Source: a virus (taxonomy: Duplodnaviria > Caudoviricetes). From it: a stretch of 35,735 bases of DNA. The first letter of the stretch is position 1. Every line of letters starts with the position of its first letter. The notes beneath the pieces are model-generated. The model did no database searches and was not told where the DNA came from. It saw only the letters and a program-made list of their open reading frames with translations. Of this stretch, positions 27,849-35,735 are shown piece by piece. The stretch covers positions 1 to 35,735 of the IMG/VR virus record IMGVR_UViG_3300007988_000724; one strand, written 5' to 3'. The translations under genes and the position numbers were made by a program.

Positions 27849-28146
27849 CCTCTTTGGATTTTTCTGTTATTTTTTCACCACTTATAAGTTTAAAAACACC
27901 AAATTTATTTGTTTTGAATAATTTATTTAATTTATCCGAAAGGTTAAATGCATGTCCTGAATTGGAAAAACTAGATTTTTTATATTTGGGTCCAGGATAA
28001 TCAACCAATTTATTCACAGTTCGTAAATTGATCGGCGATCCATCATAAAAAACAGCATATATTGCTTTTGATTTTAATATCTGCTCGCTTTTATATGTTT
28101 TTGGTTCGGTGTATTCTAATAATACTACTGGACTTGGTCTAGACAT
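27835..28146 (-). CDS. Hypothetical phage protein
   Basis: 103 aa, AAGGA RBS, upstream AATAAATATAACT. Confidence 0.8.
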   Translation of the reverse strand: MSRPSPVVLLEYTEPKTYKSEQILKSKAIYAVFYDGSPINLRTVNKLVDYPGPKYKKSSFSNSGHAFNLSDKLNKLFKTNKFGVFKLISGEKITEKSKEDDDE

Positions 28147-28203
28147 TTCGATCCTTAAAAATTATATATAGTTATATTTATTTTTCTAAGGTTATTTGAT
28201 TTA

Positions 28204-28470
28204 TTATTCTTGAGAATTATTTAATCCCAACAAGTGAAAAACAAAACTTTCCTGTTTTACCAAATCCATATATGACCCAATTGAATTATTATTCATTATT
28301 AAGTGGGGCGATTTAATTTCATCTAAATTATATCTAATTAGTAGTTCTCGGGCAATAGCGTCATCGATAGCCATTTCTTCTATTTCTATACTCCTATCCT
28401 TAAACCATTTTTTCATCATTATAGTATAAGGACATTTCGCCTTGCTAAAGACGAAAATCTTATTTTTCAT
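28204..28470 (-). CDS. Glutaredoxin-like protein (CPYT)
   Basis: IFVFSKAKCPYT, SPHL, IGSYMDL; start re-called to 28470 (AGGAG RBS). Confidence 0.75.
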   Translation of the reverse strand: MKNKIFVFSKAKCPYTIMMKKWFKDRSIEIEEMAIDDAIARELLIRYNLDEIKSPHLIMNNNSIGSYMDLVKQESFVFHLLGLNNSQE

Positions 28471-28497
28471 ATATGTCTCCTGCATTATCTTTTATTA

Positions 28498-28767
28498 TTA
28501 TTTTTTAAATGACCCAGCATCCATTTTTATTTCGATAACATCATTTTCATTTTGATTTTGATTTTGATTTTCAACACTATTATCGGATGATATAATAGTT
28601 TTTAATATTTCATCAATATTATTTGATAACAGATTCACCATTGCAGCATTCAATAACCCTGCTTCTTCTATTGATAAGCGTATTTCTCTGCTTTTTGATA
28701 CAACTGCATTTTCGTATCTTTTAGTAAATGCGGTTATGGGTTGAATATTTATTTCTGTTTTTTTCAT
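28498..28767 (-). CDS. Hypothetical protein
   Basis: 89 aa with an (NQ)n tract. Confidence 0.7.
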   Translation of the reverse strand: MKKTEINIQPITAFTKRYENAVVSKSREIRLSIEEAGLLNAAMVNLLSNNIDEILKTIISSDNSVENQNQNQNENDVIEIKMDAGSFKK

Positions 28768-28776
28768 TGAGTATTT

Positions 28777-29220
28777 TTACTCATTAAGTATTTTTTTATA
28801 AATTTCATCTTTTAAATTTTCCGGAACATAATATTCATATAAACTTTTTGTCAGTCTATGATTATCATTTTTGTGAGTAGCCCAACTGGTAACAATATAC
28901 CCTTCTCTGGCTATTACATATGCATAGTCATATAAGTTATTTAGCTTTTTTGCTCTAAGTACTAATTTTTGTGCGATCCCCAAAGGTTTACCATTACGTA
29001 AAATCTCAAATATTTCAACTAATTCGTTATCTCGATCAAAAAGTTCTTCTTTAGTTGGTAGAGGAATCATCCCTCCTTTGTCTCTAGCCATTTCCTTAGC
29101 AGCATGAGCCGTCAAATCAACAAACGGTAATTGCTTCTTAAACTCCAGTATCATAGACTTAGCATTATTTGGCAACCATACTCGTCTGTGGTAACGTCTT
29201 AAATCTCTGGCTTTATACAT
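28777..29220 (-). CDS. Hypothetical protein, possible DUF4258/BECR-like fold
   Basis: LTAHA, VLR...YVIA...IVTSW...H pattern; TAATG coupling to rnh. Confidence 0.65.
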   Translation of the reverse strand: MYKARDLRRYHRRVWLPNNAKSMILEFKKQLPFVDLTAHAAKEMARDKGGMIPLPTKEELFDRDNELVEIFEILRNGKPLGIAQKLVLRAKKLNNLYDYAYVIAREGYIVTSWATHKNDNHRLTKSLYEYYVPENLKDEIYKKILNE

Positions 29221-30227
29221 TATTCATACCTTGCGGCCAAAAATTGTACGAATTGATCAGGATATTGGGCTAGTCTAGTTAGATCATGTTTGCCGCAAAA
29301 TTTCATAAACCAAATACCAATATTAGGAATATTTTTAGCTGTTATTTCGGTATCAATCACAGCAGCGGCCAATTCTACTATTTCATCGGGTAATTCTACC
29401 AGATCAATCAACATCATATTACGATTATAGTCATCCAAAACACGATGTATATTTCCTTCGTGATCTTTCCACGTTTGTAACATCAAATTATTCCAAATAT
29501 AGCCTTTGTTTTTTCTATCTTCAAAAGCATTACGCAATAACGTTTGGCGCACTTTGGGATATGCAGTGAATATCCCATCGCCAGCATCGCCTCTAATAAT
29601 CTTAGAAAACTTTGCCCACTCAATCCAATCAGCTGCTGGTACGAAGTTCGGATTAGCCTTTCCTACTTTTATTTTTCCATCATTCTTTAGAGTGAATTCA
29701 AATAATTTATCTTTGTCATCATATACGCCGCTTACCGTGATACGCATATTAGTAACACCATTATAAATCTCAACATTATCAGCAAGTAATTGACAAAAAT
29801 CACTATCAGTTGAAATAATAATGTTCATATCATCTGGGTGTTTTTTAACCCAACATGCGATTAAATCATCTGCTTCAAGCCCCGGACTTTTTAATACTGA
29901 ACAATTAGTTTTTTCAGTCAAAAAGGCAATTAAATCATTATATGCTTCATAAAATAATTCATCTTCCTCTCGTTCTTTAATACTTTTAGTAGCTTGCTGT
30001 AATCGCCTACTTAGTTTATAACTTTCATAAACTTCTCTACGCCAACTCTTGCCATCCAAACAGAACACAACATGCGTTCCTTTAAATTTCTTCCACATTT
30101 TTGAAATGCTGTTAAAAAGTATATGCATACTCATGCCAATTTTTATTGATACATCTCCATGTTGGGTAGCATGTTTTGCACGATGTATTAGATTGTTTAA
30201 ATCAATCAGTATAAATGTCTTAGACAT
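29220..30227 (-). CDS. rnh: T4 RNase H-like 5'-3' exo/flap nuclease
   Basis: LIDLNN, LDGKSWRR, LEADDLIA, STDSDFCQL, RGDAGDGI. Confidence 0.92.
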   Translation of the reverse strand: MSKTFILIDLNNLIHRAKHATQHGDVSIKIGMSMHILFNSISKMWKKFKGTHVVFCLDGKSWRREVYESYKLSRRLQQATKSIKEREEDELFYEAYNDLIAFLTEKTNCSVLKSPGLEADDLIACWVKKHPDDMNIIISTDSDFCQLLADNVEIYNGVTNMRITVSGVYDDKDKLFEFTLKNDGKIKVGKANPNFVPAADWIEWAKFSKIIRGDAGDGIFTAYPKVRQTLLRNAFEDRKNKGYIWNNLMLQTWKDHEGNIHRVLDDYNRNMMLIDLVELPDEIVELAAAVIDTEITAKNIPNIGIWFMKFCGKHDLTRLAQYPDQFVQFLAARYE

Positions 30228-30257
30228 GACGATCTACCTTATATTAGTGAATAATGT

Positions 30258-30286
30258 ATTATTACATTTTTTTAAAAGATTGTCAA
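30258..30286 (-). promoter_or_regulatory. Sigma70-type promoter TTGACA-N16/17-(T)AATAAT
   Basis: TTGACA ATCTTTTAAAAAAATG TAATAAT upstream of rnh (AAGGT RBS). Confidence 0.55.
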
Positions 30287-30292
30287 CCAAGA

Positions 30293-30934
30293 TTACGAAA
30301 ATTCACTTCTATCGCCGCCCAAATCCTTTTTATTAATAACAGGCAGTATTCCCGTTGACGATAGATTTTCATTTTCCATTGCAGATAAATATTCATCCAA
30401 TCCATCTTCGGCTACCACACTTTTGCATAAATCATTAAACCATTCTTCAACCACAGTTTGATCATTTACTCCCTTGTAGCCATTTTCTGTTAGAAAGATA
30501 ATAAAAAATTCATTCCAATCTAATTCAAATTCTAACCCACCAAGTCCCTGCTTTTTATCATATGAACTTGATAAAATGCCAACCCAGGGTTCACTGTTTA
30601 ATGTTGCTACTTCTTTTTTATAAGTAAGCTCGGGCATATTTTCAAACCTAAATTGTATTTCAAGCATTTTTAAATTGAATTGTCTTTCATCATCTTTATA
30701 TATGATTTTGGCTTTTTCTTTTTCAAATTCAATAATATCTATACGGTTGTATTTTATATCTAAACCCAATTTAGCTAAACTCAACTCTCGAGCATCTTTA
30801 ATTGAAAGTTTAAGAATAGCCAATTCTTGATCGTATGGATTATCAATTTCGTAATAGATTTTTGCGCGATCTCGTATTTCACCACGAAGACCCCAATGAC
30901 CTGGCCACCAAGAGAAGGGTACTTTTAATTTCAT
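30293..30934 (-). CDS. Hypothetical phage protein
   Basis: 213 aa, GGAG RBS, C-terminal EPWV...FELDWNEFF...GYKG..D..VVEEWF. Confidence 0.8.
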   Translation of the reverse strand: MKLKVPFSWWPGHWGLRGEIRDRAKIYYEIDNPYDQELAILKLSIKDARELSLAKLGLDIKYNRIDIIEFEKEKAKIIYKDDERQFNLKMLEIQFRFENMPELTYKKEVATLNSEPWVGILSSSYDKKQGLGGLEFELDWNEFFIIFLTENGYKGVNDQTVVEEWFNDLCKSVVAEDGLDEYLSAMENENLSSTGILPVINKKDLGGDRSEFS

Positions 30935-31100
30935 AATTCAGACTCCCATTTGTATATAACATTATACCAGTTATTTTTAAATATTTTTAATCTATTTTTG
31001 CCATTCAATATATATTTGGATTTATTATAATAGTATGTTTTTCCGTTTAAACATATTTTCTAGTCTTATTCCATGAAGGTGAATCAAATTCAACACCATA
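30931..31100 (-). pseudogene. Remnant of a Vsr/DUF559-like endonuclease C-terminus
   Basis: YGVEFDSPSWN, then a frameshift, then NGKTYY...NRLKIFKNNWYNVIYKWESEL*. Resembles EFDGxYWH...GYNVIxIWEsE; its TGA overlaps the next ATG. Confidence 0.45.
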
Positions 31101-31159
31101 TTAATACTTTTTAGTTATTTGAATGTAAAAGGTATTTGTATACCTATTCAAACGGTGAT

Positions 31160-31600
31160 TTAAACATTATTATTCCTTTTTATTGCTCGTAATTTTCTAA
31201 AAGAATTTGTCCATTGCTGCCATAAATCTGCAATTGCGCCAGTATTTTTCCTACCTTCTATTGATCTAGATACTGAGGTAGCTATTACATTTGATTGAAC
31301 CGACTCTTCATAATATTTTAATAATTCTTTTATTTTATCATCATACACCATTTTGGTAGTAAAAAATAATTGTCGCCGCTGTTCATTAATAGTTTCATGA
31401 TCTGAAAAGAATGCAAAAAAAGATATAACTTCCATTTCATATTGCTTTTTGCGAGCCAAGTCTACCGCGTTTTGTAGATTATCAATTACTTCTGATACAT
31501 CTTTGGTGACATCTACTTGATCTCTAAACTCTCGCAACTTATGTAATAAAATTGAAATATTATTTTCTTCATAAACATTAATTTTATTGTTGTAACCCAT
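31160..31600 (-). CDS. Hypothetical protein (helical)
   Basis: 146 aa; TAATG coupling to the glycosyltransferase; GGAG RBS. Confidence 0.75.
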   Translation of the reverse strand: MGYNNKINVYEENNISILLHKLREFRDQVDVTKDVSEVIDNLQNAVDLARKKQYEMEVISFFAFFSDHETINEQRRQLFFTTKMVYDDKIKELLKYYEESVQSNVIATSVSRSIEGRKNTGAIADLWQQWTNSFRKLRAIKRNNNV

Positions 31601-32742
31601 TATTGCGGCTCCAATTTATACATAATTTTATTGTACATATTATCAGCAGTAAGATAATTATCCAATAATATTTCTTTTTGCTGTTTGATTGCATGTTTTG
31701 TTTCTTTAGAATTATAATTAGATATTTTTTCACGTATAAGTTCTGTGATATTATCCAAATTTGCAATAAAAAGGTCCCAACTTTCTGTCCATTGGCTGGG
31801 ATACTTAAAAAAGTTAATATACATTTCTGAATAACTCAGTCTATCCGGAACTAATGGGACACAATTCACAAGTATGGCCTCCATTGCTCCGATACCTAAA
31901 GTTTCTTGCATACTTGCCGAGAACATTATTTTACTTTTGCCCATTATTTCATGATATTGCGGTTTAGATAATTTTTGATCTTGGCATACAATAAACTCAT
32001 AATCAACTAATTTGTTAGATAAATGCCTAAACATATCTGTATTTTTTTCAGGGGCTACCCTGTGCGGAAATACTACAATATTTTCTTTTGTCATATGACT
32101 AAATTTTGAAATAGTTTCTACCATATATTCATGTGGCTGTCCGGATAAACATATTTTATTGTTCAGTTCATCGGGTAATAAATTGTCAAAAACATTTTTT
32201 TTAAACAACTCAACATGAAATTCTGTAGCAAAATAATTATAATCAATAGCATAAAATAATGATTTTTCAGTTTCTTTAGCCCATGTTCTATCAGGCAAAC
32301 ACCTGCCCAAAAAATCGTATGGGTCATATTGCCCGGCGTGCCATATCGCATGAATTTTACAATTTTGATAACCCAACAAATCAATCATATACTTAAGTTG
32401 TAAAATACAAGGGTTCCAAGCATCTGTTATTAAGAATTGATCACCATCGATTATGTCTCCTCTAGAAAAATAACCTGCAAGTTTTTCTAATTGGCTTGAT
32501 TTCCACATATTAGTTGAAGCAAAATTTAAAAATGCACCGTTGGTTGTTTCATGTTTATCAATGTTTCCTGTTAATGTAATGATATTATGATCTACGGGTG
32601 TGATAGAAATAAAGTTAGTTGAAACCGTTGCGGATTTGTTAATTTCGTTTAACTTGTTTTTTATTGATTCTGGTATAGAATAAAACCATTCACATGTATA
32701 CCGAGTTTCTACATTTTCCAATGCTAAAATCCAAATATTCAT
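31600..32742 (-). CDS. GT-B fold glycosyltransferase
   Basis: FPHRVAPEKN, SASMQETLGIGAMEA (ExxG...EA), PLVPDRLSYSEM. Start re-called to 32742. Confidence 0.85.
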   Translation of the reverse strand: MNIWILALENVETRYTCEWFYSIPESIKNKLNEINKSATVSTNFISITPVDHNIITLTGNIDKHETTNGAFLNFASTNMWKSSQLEKLAGYFSRGDIIDGDQFLITDAWNPCILQLKYMIDLLGYQNCKIHAIWHAGQYDPYDFLGRCLPDRTWAKETEKSLFYAIDYNYFATEFHVELFKKNVFDNLLPDELNNKICLSGQPHEYMVETISKFSHMTKENIVVFPHRVAPEKNTDMFRHLSNKLVDYEFIVCQDQKLSKPQYHEIMGKSKIMFSASMQETLGIGAMEAILVNCVPLVPDRLSYSEMYINFFKYPSQWTESWDLFIANLDNITELIREKISNYNSKETKHAIKQQKEILLDNYLTADNMYNKIMYKLEPQ

Positions 32743-32743
32743 A

Positions 32744-33142
32744 TTATTCTTCCATAACAGATTTATACGCAAATTTGGGATAAGTTATTCTGCTGCCATT
32801 TTCTCCATCTTCACTTACTTCTATTTCAACACTTCTACCTGGATATTTTGTTTGAATATAGTTCGCCAAGTCATCACTGATCATTTCACAGGATTTATTA
32901 TCCAAAGATAGAGTACTATTACCATATAGTTGTTCTAATTCTCTTTTAAAGAGAATAAATTCTATATCACGTTCGTTATGAAATACTTCTATGGCAACCG
33001 TGAAGTGAAATATATGTCGATGCGGATATCCCAAAAAAGACACACCAGCTAGTTTTGGATCTTCAAGTGCAGCAAGATATTGATGAATACCTTCTTTTTG
33101 AAATTTAACCCAAATCATTGTTTTTTTACCATTATCCATCAT
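32744..33142 (-). CDS. QueD/6-pyruvoyl-tetrahydropterin synthase-like (T-fold) protein
   Basis: EGIHQY...HRH (three His zinc ligands), SCEMI, EVSEDGENG. Confidence 0.7.
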   Translation of the reverse strand: MMDNGKKTMIWVKFQKEGIHQYLAALEDPKLAGVSFLGYPHRHIFHFTVAIEVFHNERDIEFILFKRELEQLYGNSTLSLDNKSCEMISDDLANYIQTKYPGRSVEIEVSEDGENGSRITYPKFAYKSVMEE

Positions 33143-33148
33143 AATATA

Positions 33149-33613
33149 TTACTCCTCTATCATTCTCATATATCCAATTATATCTGGATTTTTAACCATT
33201 CCATTTTGTTTTTGATCGCCTTTTCTTATTTGATCAACAAAATTCATACCTTCCAACACTTGCCCCCAAATGGTATATTTCCCATCCAAATCGGGATGAA
33301 TATTGTAACATATAAAGAACTGACTAGAAGCCGAATTAACATCTTCGCTTCTAGCCATACTAACTGTTCCTCTGATATGTTTCAAATTATTAAATTCAGC
33401 TGGAATTTTATAATTAATACCACCTGTTCCCATGCCAAACGGACACCCAGTTTGCGCCATAAAACCATTTAACACTCTATGCCATTTCAATCCATTATAG
33501 AATCCGCCATTAACCAGTGCTTCAATTATTTGACAATGCTTGGGTGCCTTATCCCTAAACATTTGAATAATAACTACACCATATTTTAACTTAAGTTCTA
33601 TTAAATTGCTCAT
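33149..33613 (-). CDS. Cyclophilin-type peptidyl-prolyl cis-trans isomerase
   Basis: APKH, FYNGLKWHRVLNGFMAQTG, GTVSMAR, SASSQFFI, LDGKYTIWGQV. Confidence 0.95.
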   Translation of the reverse strand: MSNLIELKLKYGVVIIQMFRDKAPKHCQIIEALVNGGFYNGLKWHRVLNGFMAQTGCPFGMGTGGINYKIPAEFNNLKHIRGTVSMARSEDVNSASSQFFICYNIHPDLDGKYTIWGQVLEGMNFVDQIRKGDQKQNGMVKNPDIIGYMRMIEE

Positions 33614-33614
33614 T

Positions 33615-34361
33615 TTATCTCTTTTTGGCTGGTAATATGTATTGATAGCTGCTAATATCGTTACTTAATTCAATCATTAGCGCGCCCTTTGAACTAAAAT
33701 TCATTTTTACATTTTCATCAATGCCCAATTTTAATATGTTAAGAACTTGCGAAATTGGCCAATAAAGGCCGGCGCTCATTTTGCCTTCAACTTCTTTTTC
33801 AATAATTACAGATGCTTTATGTGAATTGCCGCTCGGATCACCAATATTAAAACGCAAATTTCCTTCACGAACATCAACCATAAAAAGTGTTTCGAAAGCT
33901 GAATATAAACTTGCAAAACTAGAAAATTCGGAAATTTTGGATTTACTCGGATTAACAGATATATCCCAAGTTGTACCCAAAAACTTGGCTTGCGAAGGAA
34001 CCAGTTGTGTGCTCATAAATCTGTATGATGCATCTTGCCCTTGCTCGTCTATAAAAAGCATCTCAGTTGGAATTTGTTGATTAGCATTTGTTGGGTCTGT
34101 TTCTCGTATTACTTCAACTTTTGCCCCATCTGTTCTAAAATTAGCGTGATCAACCAACCCCTTAATTAATGATAGATTGCCCATTCCAAATTCACCTTCA
34201 AACTCAGCCAATGGTTCATTAAGTTTGCCCTTAACAATAACGGTTTTATCGTTATCCATTGCTTCAATTTTAGTTTCAGTATCAGACCCTGTTATCTTAA
34301 CAATATCAATGAATCCTAAACCACCTGTATGCTTTACAACATCAGAAATAACTTCTCTCAT
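33615..34361 (-). CDS. DNA polymerase sliding clamp (gp45-like processivity factor)
   Basis: ~248 aa with alternating beta/alpha two-domain pattern, terminal YQYILPA, two genes from the DNA polymerase; AGGAGG RBS gives start 34361. Confidence 0.65.
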   Translation of the reverse strand: MREVISDVVKHTGGLGFIDIVKITGSDTETKIEAMDNDKTVIVKGKLNEPLAEFEGEFGMGNLSLIKGLVDHANFRTDGAKVEVIRETDPTNANQQIPTEMLFIDEQGQDASYRFMSTQLVPSQAKFLGTTWDISVNPSKSKISEFSSFASLYSAFETLFMVDVREGNLRFNIGDPSGNSHKASVIIEKEVEGKMSAGLYWPISQVLNILKLGIDENVKMNFSSKGALMIELSNDISSYQYILPAKKR

Positions 34362-34412
34362 TATCAACCTCCTAAAGTTTTAATTTCATTTATAATAATA
34401 TATTGTTACAAA

Positions 34413-34985
34413 TTAGTCACTATTTGTTATGTGTTCATAAATTTCACACCAATTGTTTACTCTTAGTATGTCATCATGATATTTGCCTTGATTTGATGGT
34501 TGATTTATCAATATGGGTTTATGCCCATATTTTAATCCCGCCGACGCATTTTCAAATTTATCTTCTATCCACCAAGTTGGGTTGTAATCTGCCAAGTGCG
34601 TTTCCTTGCTCTCACCCAAATTAATACAATGAACGGATTCAAATACATCGCCAAATACCCAAAATAAATTACTTCGTCTAAGGGCAATTGTCGCAAGATC
34701 TGTTGAACATGAAGAAATAGCTACGAATGAAAAATTTAATTTTTTTAATTTTGCTAAACTCTCAACAGCATTTGGTAACGGATCCAAGGTACCAAATTCC
34801 CAACGCTTATTGAAAGTTTTAATTATTTTTTCCATCTGTTTTTTTGTGGTAGAAAATCTCTTTGATAGATCGTATTCTCTGTTTTCATTTTCAATATATC
34901 CCAAATGTGTCATATATCTTTTAAATCCAGAATACCAATCTAATAAAACATCATCTACATCTAATAATATTATTTTTTTCATCAC
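34413..34985 (-). CDS. HAD-family 5'(3')-deoxyribonucleotidase-like protein
   Basis: LLDVDDVL motif I, ISS, K...WIEDK motif IV. Confidence 0.85.
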   Translation of the reverse strand: MMKKIILLDVDDVLLDWYSGFKRYMTHLGYIENENREYDLSKRFSTTKKQMEKIIKTFNKRWEFGTLDPLPNAVESLAKLKKLNFSFVAISSCSTDLATIALRRSNLFWVFGDVFESVHCINLGESKETHLADYNPTWWIEDKFENASAGLKYGHKPILINQPSNQGKYHDDILRVNNWCEIYEHITNSD

Positions 34986-35045
34986 ACTTCCTACAGCAAT
35001 TTACGTTAACTTAAAGCAAATGAAAAATTAAATCAAATTATAAAT

Positions 35046-35735
35046 TTATGTGTCAAAACTAAAAAAGTCGCCAAAAGTCGTAGAATTGTCGGCCATTGAT
35101 AAATCCCAACCCAACACATATAATAAATTAAATACTTTTTTATCAACTATTGTTTCTTCCATTAACTCATCATCAAATGGTAATTTCTTAAACCAGTCTG
35201 GTAAATTGGTTTCATCGATGGGATACGCCACACTCTTAACATTCATTGGATTTTCTTTTAACTTACAGACAATAATTTTTTGCCCATCTTGTATAGGCAT
35301 AGAATATTGATCATTATTCATTTTTCGTAGTTTATTGTATTCAATACTTGCCATAACATGCCCTGGTACAGTTATACGTCTTGATTTTTCTATATCCTTT
35401 TTTATTTTGTCTCGTTCTTTTGTAGTTTTTACTCTAACCATTCGAGCTTGTAAATCCATTAATTCATCGGGGTTTCTACTCTGATTGTATCTTGCTGTAT
35501 AATCGGTCAATGCATTAACTTTTTTGGGTGTTCCCTTTTCCCATGCCGGTTTATCTCTAAATTCTGTTTTAAATTTTTTAACTTCTTCTATTACTTCTTT
35601 TTCAGTACCATTGGTTAGAACTAATTCCAAAATATGTTCTAAAAATTGTTGAACATATTTTGGTGTGTCACTTCTTTTCAGATCTAACCCCATGGCTTTT
35701 ACTTCGCCGGGTTTATTGCCTTTGTCTTTTCTTGT
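35046..35735 (-). CDS. Family B DNA polymerase, C-terminal (thumb) part; begins beyond the window
   Basis: The frame is open to the window end (TRKDKGNKPGEVKAMGLDLKRSDTP...); GL(D/E)xxRSxTP, PGHV.AS..YN, DGQKI; ends FGDFFSFDT, a clamp-binding-like tail. Confidence 0.9.
   Translation of the reverse strand, partial: TRKDKGNKPGEVKAMGLDLKRSDTPKYVQQFLEHILELVLTNGTEKEVIEEVKKFKTEFRDKPAWEKGTPKKVNALTDYTARYNQSRNPDELMDLQARMVRVKTTKERDKIKKDIEKSRRITVPGHVMASIEYNKLRKMNNDQYSMPIQDGQKIIVCKLKENPMNVKSVAYPIDETNLPDWFKKLPFDDELMEETIVDKKVFNLLYVLGWDLSMADNSTTFGDFFSFDT

Noticed and set aside
34413-34985. HAD protein as the missing KdsC
   Set aside because: It has a cap insertion and motif spacing like phage deoxyribonucleotidases, not the capless KdsC type.
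1240-35310. Remaining short antisense or nested ORFs in the track
   Set aside because: They lie within or opposite well-supported genes and show no recognisable motifs.

Overview
AT-rich segment of a large tailed dsDNA phage, distantly T4-like: family B DNA polymerase C-terminus, gp45-like sliding clamp, T4 RNase H-like nuclease, thymidine kinase and TATAAATA late-promoter boxes. The cyclophilin sequence suggests an alphaproteobacterial host. Left (1-989, minus): partial tail fibre-like gene. Divergent from it, ~1.1-16.3 kb is a mostly co-oriented biosynthetic/modification island. It holds eight intact radical SAM genes (five with an N-terminal Cys-rich twitch-like domain, three with a C-terminal Cys-rich domain), two SAM-methyltransferase-like genes, a divergent KdsB-like cytidylyltransferase, a 2OG-Fe(II) oxygenase-like gene and an inverted PLP enzyme. 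It ends in a frameshifted nitroreductase-like gene and a decayed B12-binding-domain remnant that the ORF track does not show. Right (16.3-35.7 kb, almost all minus): tk, HNH nuclease, a phosphatase with a degenerate kinase domain, KdsD/KpsF, a macrodomain protein, a MoxR-like AAA plus VWA-metallopeptidase pair, an oppositely oriented homing-endonuclease-like gene, glutaredoxin, RNase H, a glycosyltransferase plus QueD-like pair, cyclophilin, clamp, HAD nucleotidase and DNA polymerase. No tRNA, rRNA or CRISPR array was seen. All product calls come from motif recognition, not database searches.
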